From: a virus
Lineage: Duplodnaviria; Caudoviricetes
DNA: 64,000 bases
Strand: one strand, 5' to 3'
IMG/VR virus record: IMGVR_UViG_3300006056_000001
Span: 96,001-160,000 of that record
Positions within the stretch are counted from its first letter, which is position 1. Each line of letters opens with the position of its first letter. Below, one piece after another: positions 19,250-27,087 of this stretch. Both the position numbers and the translations under genes were made by a program. The notes under the pieces were generated by a model. The model made no database searches, had not been told where the DNA came from, and was given only the letters and a program-made list of their open reading frames with translations.

Positions 19250-19705
19250 TTAATTAAGGAATAAAATGTGTCTTTTAAAGAATTATGGTAAGTTAACCAT
19301 AAATTATTTAACTCTTGCTCAACTTGCTACTTTTGTAAGAAAATACACTAAAAAAGTAGGAAGTTATGTAGAAATTTATTCAGGACCTCTTTGTTATAAA
19401 ACTAAAGATCTTAGAGGATCTAGAGTAAGAAAAATAACAAGAGTAAATAGTAATGAATATTCATGTGAAGTAAAATATGTATATAATCAAAAAAGATTAA
19501 AATTTACATCATATGAAACTTCTTGTTTTATGCAAGAATATCAAAACGGTGATTTCCATTCTTTAAGAAAAACACTAAAATTATTATATGATCATGATAA
19601 ATATGAAGATCAACTATATCCCTATAGAATAAAAATAAATAATAAATCATGCCCTATTTTTGTTAAAGAATTTGCAGCCTGGGCTGATAGGTATTAAAAG
19701 TAAAT

Positions 19706-19791
19706 GGAAGGTGTCTGGCTGGTCGAAGACAGCGCCTTGAAAGCGCCTGCTCAGCAATGAGTCAAAGGTTCGAGTCCTTTACCTTCCGCCA
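19706..19791 (+). tRNA. tRNA-Ser(UGA)
   Basis: Long V arm, G73, loop CTTGAAA. Confidence 0.88.
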
Positions 19792-19843
19792 TTTTAGAAG
19801 ACTGTTAGATCTAACTAATCCTGAAGTTCTTTGTAGTTGATAT

Positions 19844-19931
19844 GGAAGTGTGAGTGAGTGGTTTAAACTAGATCCTTGCTAAGGATCCGGCTGTCAAAGG
19901 CCCGTAGGTTCAAATCCTACCGCTTCCGCCA
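19844..19931 (+). tRNA. tRNA-Ser(GCU)
   Basis: GATCC-TTGCTAA-GGATC; long V arm; G73. Confidence 0.92.
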
Positions 19932-19936
19932 ACACT

Positions 19937-20150
19937 AGGTTCAGGCTTGGTGTGATCGTTATATTGTGATGTGATCGTTTCGAGTGTATAGGTTTCTAGG
20001 TCCAAAACAAGAGTAGACACCAGCTTTAAGACATTACCGGGTAGGGGGTTCGACTCCCCTGGGGGCATCCATACTGCCCCTCAAGGTCGTACTTAGGTAT
20101 TCTTCTCGTTAAAATAGCTGTGTAGTTGAAATTTTTGATACTGACCTTGG
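19937..20150 (+). ncRNA. Candidate ncRNA with permuted tRNA-like domain
   Basis: GGGGG TTCGACT CCCCT, then GGGGGCA-TCCATAC-TGCCCCT, enclosed by ACAC-CAGCT-TTAA/TTAA-AGCTG-TGT. Confidence 0.6.
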
Positions 20151-20199
20151 TAAATGCAAACCGCAAATTTGCAATTTTCTCTTGAAAAGAAAAACAACC

Positions 20200-20244
20200 A
20201 AGAAACCCCAGGGAGGTTGGATAATTCTTCCCTGGGGGTTCTTT
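20200..20244 (+). terminator. Strong hairpin / probable terminator
   Basis: AGAAACCCCAGGGAGG...CTTCCCTGGGGGTTCTTT. Confidence 0.6.
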
Positions 20245-20261
20245 ATCTTAAACACCGAAAG

Positions 20262-20897
20262 ATGATCTCACTTCAGCAAAGACTACCAGATAACAATAAG
20301 TATTTCTTTGCTTGCTCAGGAGGCGTGGACAGCATGTCTGCTCTCCATTGGATGAAACAGGGAGGAAGATTACCTTATGCAATTATTCACGTGCATCACA
20401 ATACTGGTGATTACGCTGACCGTGCCTTGGAATTTGTTAAAAGAACATATACTGAGTATTGTTTTGACCTTTTCGTCAAAAATGTGGAAGGTGTTCCGCC
20501 CCCAGGAGAATCAAAAGAAGCCTGGTGGAGAGGAGAACGATATAAACTCTTCCAAGAAGTCTTAGATGAGACTGGAAAAGATTATCCTATTGTTTTAGCT
20601 CACAATCTTGATGATTGTGTAGAACAGTATATTATGAGAACTTGTATCCGTCTTTCTAAAAATAAGCTTATCTCGTATAAAGGTCCTGCTAATACTATTA
20701 GGCCTTTTCTTACTTGGAAAAAGAGTGAAATTATTGATTATGCAAAGCGCAATAATATTGATTGGATTGAAGATCCTTCTAATACTAATCCTTGCTTTTT
20801 AAGAAACAATATTAGACATAATCTAGTACCTTTGGTAGTAAAGATGAATCCTGGGATTCATTCGCAAGTTAGAAAAATGATTTTGGATATACAATGA
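20262..20897 (+). CDS. tilS: tRNA(Ile)-lysidine synthetase
   Basis: PP-loop SGGVDS, E...R..RY, AHNLDD..E, IRPFL, WIEDPSN....FLRN.IRH. Confidence 0.92.
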   Translation: MISLQQRLPDNNKYFFACSGGVDSMSALHWMKQGGRLPYAIIHVHHNTGDYADRALEFVKRTYTEYCFDLFVKNVEGVPPPGESKEAWWRGERYKLFQEVLDETGKDYPIVLAHNLDDCVEQYIMRTCIRLSKNKLISYKGPANTIRPFLTWKKSEIIDYAKRNNIDWIEDPSNTNPCFLRNNIRHNLVPLVVKMNPGIHSQVRKMILDIQ

Positions 20898-21407
20898 ATG
20901 ATCAATTTCTTGATATTGAAGAGCTTAAAGCTCAATTAAGTTCTATAAGAGATTATGAAAAGAACTTAGAAGCTACAATAGGACAAGCAAAAATATTAGA
21001 TAAGTTTATTACTCCAAGATGTTATCATTTAGAATTTGATGAAAACTTTACTCAGTTAATGGAACTATTTAAGAATACTAAACTAATGAAAGAATTTAAT
21101 ATCAATGTAGAATATGATCAGAATCTTGATATTACTGGGGTTTATTTAGATAAAATAAAATTCATGATGGCATATAAGCATCTTAGTTTACAAAATATAT
21201 TTAAAGAGTATTTTAAATTAGCCAAAGAAAACAAGATAGAAATATTATATGGGCCTATTAAAGGATATAAGAACGAAGACGGCAGTGATTACGAAGATTT
21301 CATCATAGACCTTAAATAAGGTCTTGTATCAGGGTATAGCTCAATGGTAGAGTACGTGGTTTGGGGCCAGTTCTCTGTATCCCAAATAATGTAGTCGCAA
21401 AGACTAC

Positions 21408-21776
21408 ATGAAACAATGTAAATACTGCCATAAAAAATACCCAGAAAATCAGTTTGGAATAGCTAAAACTACTTCAACTAAGATCTATAGACGTCAAAAA
21501 TGTAATATATGCTACGCTATTACTAAACGTAAAAACAGACATAAGAAATCTCATTGGTTAGTAGAATACAAGAAAACTTTAAAATGTAGTAATTGTTCTT
21601 ATAATGATTATAGAGGCTTAGATTTTCATCACCCTAATGGCGATAAAGAAATAGATATAGGAACCTCTATATCTAGAAGATCTATAGAAAACACTAAGAA
21701 AGAAATAGATAAATGTATTGTACTTTGTGCATGTTGTCACAGAGAACTACACTATGACGAGCGTTACGGAATATAG
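21408..21776 (+). CDS. HNH endonuclease inside split tRNA-Pro
   Basis: CSNCSY.DYRGLDFHH...EIDKCIVLCACCHRELH. Confidence 0.9.
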   Translation: MKQCKYCHKKYPENQFGIAKTTSTKIYRRQKCNICYAITKRKNRHKKSHWLVEYKKTLKCSNCSYNDYRGLDFHHPNGDKEIDIGTSISRRSIENTKKEIDKCIVLCACCHRELHYDERYGI

Positions 21777-21844
21777 CACAGTTTGGCTAGTGCGTTCGCT
21801 TTGGGAGCGAAAGGTCGAAGGTTCAAATCCTTCTATTCCGACCA
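21767..21844 (+). tRNA. tRNA-Pro(UGG), intact, nested within the insertion
   Basis: CGGAATA/TATTCCG-A-CCA; TTCGC-TTTGGGA-GCGAA. Confidence 0.93.
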
Positions 21845-22183
21845 TTTCATCGTCATGATAAAGTAGAAGGTTCGAGTCCTTCTATCCTGACCAACACAAT
21901 AAAAAGAGGAACTTAAATGAACATTACTGATGTTATGAATGGTATAGTTAGTAATAAAATTGATATTGAAAAATGTCAGCAACTTATTCATCAATTTAAT
22001 AAATTAAATAAAACTAATTATTTTATTAGAGTATTAAATGTTAATAATACTGAATTAGTAGGAACATCAGATTTTAATACAAATAGAATAAATATTACAT
22101 TAGTTAATGCTATTCCTGATAAAAGTGATATTGGATATTCTAGTGGATATATTACTGCATATGATATAGGATAAATAAAATAT

Positions 22184-22256
22184 AGCAGGGAGAATCGTTA
22201 TTCAAGAAAGTCTCATAAGCTTTCCTCCGAGGGTTAGACTCCCTCCCCTGCTTCCA
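22184..22256 (+). tRNA. Atypical tRNA-Met(CAU) with reduced D arm
   Basis: AGCAGGG/CCCTGCT-T-CCA; AAAGT-CTCATAA-GCTTT; 4-nt D loop; T loop TTAGACT. Confidence 0.7.
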
Positions 22257-22322
22257 ATAGTCAGTTAATACTAGGCAACTGCTTATCGCCGGATCCTGAC
22301 TTTAAATAAAATCCGCATTCAC

Positions 22323-22403
22323 TGCGGGATCGACAAGTCTGGTTTAAGTCAAAGGGCTCATAATCCTTCAGTTTCGTGGGTTCAAATCCCACTCCCGCTT
22401 CCA
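22323..22403 (+). tRNA. tRNA-fMet(CAU)-like
   Basis: Unpaired 1:72, GGG at 29-31, loop CTCATAA. Confidence 0.85.
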
Positions 22404-22526
22404 TTTACGCCTGGGTTGCTCCAGGACCAGTCTTGGGGTTAGACGATCCATCGACACTGGAAAGGTGAGTAATCCTTTCGGTTGTATCGAACCGGGTGGT
22501 TGTAAAAGGAAAGCCCTCTCATTTAT

Positions 22527-22603
22527 GCTCCGTTCGTCTAGTGGTCTAGGATGCGAGTTTTTCAAGCTCGAAGACGTGGGTTCGACCCCCACACGGAGTA
22601 CCA
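22527..22603 (+). tRNA. tRNA-Glu(UUC)
   Basis: CGAGT-TTTTCAA-GCTCG; GCTCCGT/ACGGAGT-A-CCA. Confidence 0.9.
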
Positions 22604-22733
22604 TTCATGCTGGCGAAAGGGAAACTGAGTAGCTGGCACCATCTTTAACCTTGTTTAAGGCCGGCTTAAGCCGACCAGATCAATTTGAGAATAAGGCAGA
22701 CCAAGTATAATTGTAGCTTGGTCTTTTCATTTT

Positions 22734-23426
22734 ATGACTAAGAAAAAGAAAGCATCGGTTGTAGCTGAAGATATTCTTCATCCACAAGTTCCTCATGTAT
22801 TGACTCCAGATGGTTCTGTAGCTCAAAAGGCTATTAATGTACAGACCAGTGTCACTAAAGATGACATGGCAAGTCTTATTCATGTAAATGTTAGAACTCA
22901 GCTTAATAATGAATTAAATACTGTTTTAAATAGTATTAAGAGACTAGAAGCTAAAAAGCAGCAAGTATTTCAAAACGCACATAAAGAAATATGTGCATTA
23001 TTAATTAATAATGGTTATTTAAATCCTACTATACATATTTCTCATATGCATCTTAATTTTCAAGATTCTACAGTAAATTTAAACCATACAGATGTTGGGA
23101 TAAGAACTATTGATCAAGAATTAAGTATAAATAACAAGCTTAAAGGAAAAAGAACTACTAGAACTTCTTTAGAAAGTATAAATTATACTAATCAAGAAAT
23201 ACAAGATTATATCAAAGAAATGAACGAGCTTTTTACTCAAAAAACTAATATAGAAAGAAATCTTAATACAGCAAATAAAGAGTATATTAAAGCCAATATT
23301 ATTGCTAGCTTGATTGGTTCTTCTGATAAGGGCCAAGACTTTATCAAGAATATTTCTAATATTGGAATTAGTATTATTGAATCTCTTAAGAGTAATACTA
23401 TTCCTCTTATTGCTATTAGTCAATAA
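22734..23426 (+). CDS. Hypothetical coiled-coil protein
   Basis: 230-aa ORF after a terminator-like hairpin. Confidence 0.7.
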   Translation: MTKKKKASVVAEDILHPQVPHVLTPDGSVAQKAINVQTSVTKDDMASLIHVNVRTQLNNELNTVLNSIKRLEAKKQQVFQNAHKEICALLINNGYLNPTIHISHMHLNFQDSTVNLNHTDVGIRTIDQELSINNKLKGKRTTRTSLESINYTNQEIQDYIKEMNELFTQKTNIERNLNTANKEYIKANIIASLIGSSDKGQDFIKNISNIGISIIESLKSNTIPLIAISQ

Positions 23427-23437
23427 TATTACTTAGA

Positions 23438-23584
23438 GGGTTCATAGCATAATGGTTAATGCTTTCTCAAACAAAAGCGGCTTAGATGACTCAGTAAGAT
23501 CACCCGGTATACAGGGCCTTGACTAAGTATTTAGGTTGGGAGTCACAACTCTCGATAGGGGTTCGATTCCCCTTGAATCCACCA
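23438..23584 (+). ncRNA. tRNA-Ala-like RNA with about 85-nt insert replacing the anticodon arm
   Basis: GGGTTCA/TGAATCC-A-CCA (G3:U70, A73); D arm GCAT AATGGTTA ATGC; T arm AGGGG TTCGATT CCCCT. Confidence 0.75.
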
Positions 23585-23598
23585 TCTTATTTTTGTAT

Positions 23599-23673
23599 GC
23601 GGACATAATTCAATGGTAGAATGATAGCCTTCCAAGCTATTCGTTGTCGGTTCGAGTCCGACTGCCCGCTCCA
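23599..23673 (+). tRNA. tRNA-Gly(UCC)
   Basis: ATAGC-CTTCCAA-GCTAT; U73; CCA. Confidence 0.92.
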
Positions 23674-23869
23674 ATAAGGTAATGTAGTTAGAGGTTAGAG
23701 ATACAAATTCGTTGGTTTGTATTGCTCATGCTCAACGGCTATGCCCTAAACCTACTACCTTTTCCATATGTAGGGGCTAGCATCGCTGTTAGTACTCTAC
23801 CGAGGCCTGTAGTTGAAACTAGATGAAAAGCGACGAGTAATCTAGGAGTAAGCTACGGGCTGGTTTTTT

Positions 23870-23947
23870 GGTAACGTAGCTCAGCCCGGTTAGAGCTTCT
23901 GATTGAAAATCCGAAGGTCAATGGTTCAAATCCATTCGTTACCACCA
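23870..23947 (+). tRNA. tRNA-Phe(GAA)
   Basis: Loop TTGAAAA; GGTAACG/CGTTACC-A-CCA; one mismatch in anticodon stem. Confidence 0.88.
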
Positions 23948-24661
23948 TTATAACATGCCTAGTCTAAAAAACAAAACTGTTCCTACAAGTCTTGATTTTC
24001 ACCCAAATCTACCTGGAAATACTGTAAATGTAAACCTAGGCCGATTTATTGGAGGAGGTTATTATGTTATTGTTAGGGGCGGAGATGACACTGCCCTCCA
24101 AACAGAGGGATTATCCTGGCATGATGCCAAGCATATTTTTAATTCAATTCAAAAGATTGACAAAGAAGACCTTATTTGGTTTCTAGGTAGTAAAAATAAT
24201 AATGGGTTTCCTTAAAATGTGTAAAATACCTATAATTCTAAATAATATTCCTTTAAAGTATCATCTTGCTTTTTCTGATGCATTAACCGAAAATGGTTTT
24301 GTTAGTTATCTTGATCCAAATATTACCGAAATTCCATATGGTAGTCCTGTATTAATTTTTGCATTAGGATTTATATCAGGAGTAATAGCAGAAGTAGAAG
24401 CAAATAAAACAGATGGACACACCTAAATTTAAAGTTGGGGATAAAGTAGTATTAAATGATAGAGGATTAGAAATTTTATTTGGCAATAGCAAAGGCTTGT
24501 CTTATATGAAAACTAAGATACTAATTATTACTGAAATTACCAATGAAATACCTTTAAATACAGGTGTTACTCATACCTATTCCATAGATGATCCTGAAAT
24601 TAATATCTTTCTCACGTTTAGTGAATGTTTTGATATTGCACCAAGAATCTTGCTTGTATAA

Positions 24662-24737
24662 GGGTTGATAGTTTAATTGGCTAGAATAATGGTCTCCAAA
24701 ACCATGGATCTAGGTTCAAGTCCTAGTCGGCCCGCCA
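24662..24737 (+). tRNA. tRNA-Trp(CCA)
   Basis: ATGGT-CTCCAAA-ACCAT; G73. Confidence 0.92.
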
Positions 24738-24744
24738 ATCTCAT

Positions 24745-24822
24745 GTTGTCTATAGTTCAACTGGTTAGAACGTCAGATTGTGATTCTGAAGGTTGCGGGT
24801 TCGAACCCCGTTAGACAACCCA
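24745..24822 (+). tRNA. tRNA-His(GUG)
   Basis: Encoded G-1:C73; TCAGA-TTGTGAT-TCTGA. Confidence 0.93.
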
Positions 24823-24833
24823 TTTCTTGTAAC

Positions 24834-25577
24834 ATGACTACTAATAGATCCCCTAGCGCAGAGCTTTGCAAACACGAAGAGCTACCCTACTACGCCCAGG
24901 TCATCGAGAACCTGAGCAACGGAGAGGGTTACTGGAACAGTCTAAAGATCGGAGTCTTCCGAACTGAAGACAATGAGAAGGTAGGAGAGTATATCCGAAA
25001 CTACTCCCACATGTTCCGGACCTTCTATCCGTTCGAGGGAAAGGATGGGAACTGGTATGCGCTCTATAGTCCTCACTACACTGCAACCAGGATCATGTCC
25101 CTTCCGGACTGTAAGGATCTTGGGGGTGAAGAACCTGCCGGTTTCGGATTCTGTCCTAGGGATTACTATGTCCCTCGCCTTCTTGGACGTGATTTCCCTC
25201 TAAGTGATCCTGAGCCGCATCCTTCTCATGATCTTCCGCAAGAGGAGAGGATGAGGATCTACTATCAGTGGACTGCTAAGTATCCTTTGAAGTCCTTTAG
25301 CCCTCCTTGGGGCTTTATCTCCGGCATGATCTGGGGAGACAGCAAGGATGATGTGCAGTGGCTGGACCTGAGCTTGGCAGCCGACGGCAAGCTAACCAGG
25401 ACGCAGAGGTTTGGATGCCATGAGCTTCCGGATCGAGTGGAGCTTTACGAGGCAATCACTATCCACGAGCCGGACTGGACTTCGATCAGCGATCCTGAGT
25501 TCTATGAGAAAACAAGGATCTTCATTGCTGGTGATGTTCCTTACCGTTTCGATGGTAAGCGTAGAGAAGGTTCTTGA
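24834..25577 (+). CDS. GC-rich hypothetical protein, probably recently acquired
   Basis: ATG after tRNA-His; GC content clearly above flanks. Confidence 0.75.
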   Translation: MTTNRSPSAELCKHEELPYYAQVIENLSNGEGYWNSLKIGVFRTEDNEKVGEYIRNYSHMFRTFYPFEGKDGNWYALYSPHYTATRIMSLPDCKDLGGEEPAGFGFCPRDYYVPRLLGRDFPLSDPEPHPSHDLPQEERMRIYYQWTAKYPLKSFSPPWGFISGMIWGDSKDDVQWLDLSLAADGKLTRTQRFGCHELPDRVELYEAITIHEPDWTSISDPEFYEKTRIFIAGDVPYRFDGKRREGS

Positions 25578-25584
25578 TTTTTGC

Positions 25585-25659
25585 GTCCGTGTGGTGTAAT
25601 TGGTAGCACAGCAGATTTTGACTCTGTTAGCCCGGTTTCAAATCCAGTCAGACAACCCA
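25585..25659 (+). pseudogene. Chimeric tRNA-Gln(UUG)/His pseudogene
   Basis: Gln D and anticodon arms (GCAGA-TTTTGAC-TCTGT), but 3' end AGACAACCCA matches tRNA-His and does not pair with the 5' end. Confidence 0.7.
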
Positions 25660-25660
25660 T

Positions 25661-25736
25661 GGGTCATTAGCATAACGGTTAATGCGCAGAGCTGTTAACT
25701 CTGACTATCCGAGTTCGATTCTCGGGTGGCCCTCCA
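25661..25736 (+). tRNA. tRNA-Asn(GUU)
   Basis: CAGAG-CTGTTAA-CTCTG; CCA. Confidence 0.9.
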
Positions 25737-25749
25737 AACGAAGAAAAAC

Positions 25750-26256
25750 ATGAAAAACACACTTTCACTTTTAGCAGTTCTACTGCTAACCAATCTATTA
25801 TTTGCTCAAATACCTTACGGTATTTTACAACCAAACGATATTGCTCAGCCTCAAGGTATAAAGCTTACTAAGTCTTTTAGCTCTTGCGCGCTATGTACTC
25901 CTACTATTAATGGACAAGATCCAGAAGAAGCAAGTATTTTACTTCCTGAACATTTTGGACGTTTAATTATTTCTGCTGATATTTTTACTCCTGGTATTTG
26001 TGAAACAAGAGGTCCGGATTGTCTTCCAGAGACTCCATGTAAGACAGATGGACAGATATATGTAATAAATGATTCTTATATAAGAATTGGAGATCAACCT
26101 ATTCATCCTCCAGGTGGTATTTTTACTATTTCAGTTAAGAAGTCTATTCCTTGTGGAGAAGATAATTTAGTTCCTATTTATGATGCAGATGATCGAATTA
26201 TAGGTCATTTACAGTACAAGTACGCCCTTTGCGATAAGACACCACAATGGAACTAA
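25750..26256 (+). CDS. Secreted Cys-rich protein
   Basis: Signal peptide MKNTLSLLAVLLLTNLLFA-Q; several Cys. Confidence 0.65.
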   Translation: MKNTLSLLAVLLLTNLLFAQIPYGILQPNDIAQPQGIKLTKSFSSCALCTPTINGQDPEEASILLPEHFGRLIISADIFTPGICETRGPDCLPETPCKTDGQIYVINDSYIRIGDQPIHPPGGIFTISVKKSIPCGEDNLVPIYDADDRIIGHLQYKYALCDKTPQWN

Positions 26257-26627
26257 ACATAAAAGTAGAAAAAACTAAACTTATTACTGCTCTTAAGCAG
26301 AATAAAGCCAAGCATATTGCTGATTATAAAGAAGCTACTATGAATTGGAAAAAAGAATTAAGGTCTATAGTAGAGTCTGCACATGATTTATTAACAAATA
26401 AACAAGACTATGATTTGTTTCTTGATAGAAAGCATGATATTTTTAGAATAGACTCTCGGCCTACTTCTCATGAAAAAGATTATGATACTGCTATTGAAAT
26501 GTTAGAGTTCTGTTCTGATCAAGAAATTGAGCTAGATATACAACAGTATAATGCTTTTGTTAAAGATCAGTGGACCTGGCGCGCTCATTGGTCCGCAAGT
26601 AATGCTAAGTATCTTAGCCACTCTTAA
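26247..26627 (+). CDS. Conserved phage protein
   Basis: L..NK.KH...Y.EA...PTSHEKDYD.AIEMLE.....IELD...Y..FV.D.W.W pattern. Confidence 0.7.
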   Translation: MELNIKVEKTKLITALKQNKAKHIADYKEATMNWKKELRSIVESAHDLLTNKQDYDLFLDRKHDIFRIDSRPTSHEKDYDTAIEMLEFCSDQEIELDIQQYNAFVKDQWTWRAHWSASNAKYLSHS

Positions 26628-26638
26628 TTAGAGTGTAT

Positions 26639-27079
26639 GGGAGTATAGCATAATTGGTTACTGCACTAGATTGTCGATCTTATTAACTATTGCAATCGTA
26701 TATGATTACATGCCTAGTAAAGATCCAGAAATAAGACGTGCTACTTGGAATAAATGGTATAAGAAAAATAAAGCTATTCATCATAAAAGGTCTAAAGATT
26801 GGACAGATCGTAGAAGAAAAGAATTAAGAATTTTAATAAATAAATATAAAAGCACACATCCTTGTAATAACTGCGGTTTTACAAATCCTGTAGCTTTAGA
26901 TTTTCATCATATAGATGTTTTACAAAAAGATATAGAAGTATCTATAGCTATAAATAGAACTTGGTCAAATAAAAGACTAGAGAAAGAAATAGCTAAATGT
27001 ATAGTTTTATGTTCAAATTGTCATAGAATAGAACATAATAAATAGACAATAATAGGTTCGAGTCCCATTACTCCCGCCA
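26639..27079 (+). tRNA. Split tRNA-Asp(GUC): 5' part 26639-26679, 3' part 27043-27079
   Basis: GGGAGTA pairs with TACTCCC-G-CCA; CTAGA-TTGTCGA-TC|TAG restores the anticodon stem. Confidence 0.82.
26710..27045 (+). CDS. HNH endonuclease inside split tRNA-Asp
   Basis: CNNCGF.NPVALDFHH...EIAKCIVLCSNCHRIEH; ATG at 26710. Confidence 0.9.
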   Translation: MPSKDPEIRRATWNKWYKKNKAIHHKRSKDWTDRRRKELRILINKYKSTHPCNNCGFTNPVALDFHHIDVLQKDIEVSIAINRTWSNKRLEKEIAKCIVLCSNCHRIEHNK

Positions 27080-27087
27080 TTAATCAC

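Larger units (their letters stand above)
21330..21893 (+). tRNA. Split tRNA-Pro(UGG): 5' part 21330-21368, 3' part about 21855-21893
   Basis: CAGGGTA pairs fully with TATCCTG-A-CCA about 500 nt downstream; D arm and anticodon loop in the 5' part, T arm in the 3' part. Confidence 0.8.

Noticed and set aside
19706-19791. Possible selenocysteine or stop-suppressor tRNA / alternative genetic code
   Set aside because: Anticodon UGA reads Ser UCA; no CUA, UUA or UCA anticodon found; genes end normally at TAA, TAG and TGA
19937-20150. Two-piece (permuted) tmRNA
   Set aside because: Acceptor lacks G3:U70 and the GGGG 5' start; too short; no tag frame recognised
21369-27042. Group I/II intron call for the tRNA-Pro and tRNA-Asp insertions
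   Set aside because: Only about 30-40 nt of non-coding, non-tRNA sequence per insert; no P/Q/R/S core or domain V visible
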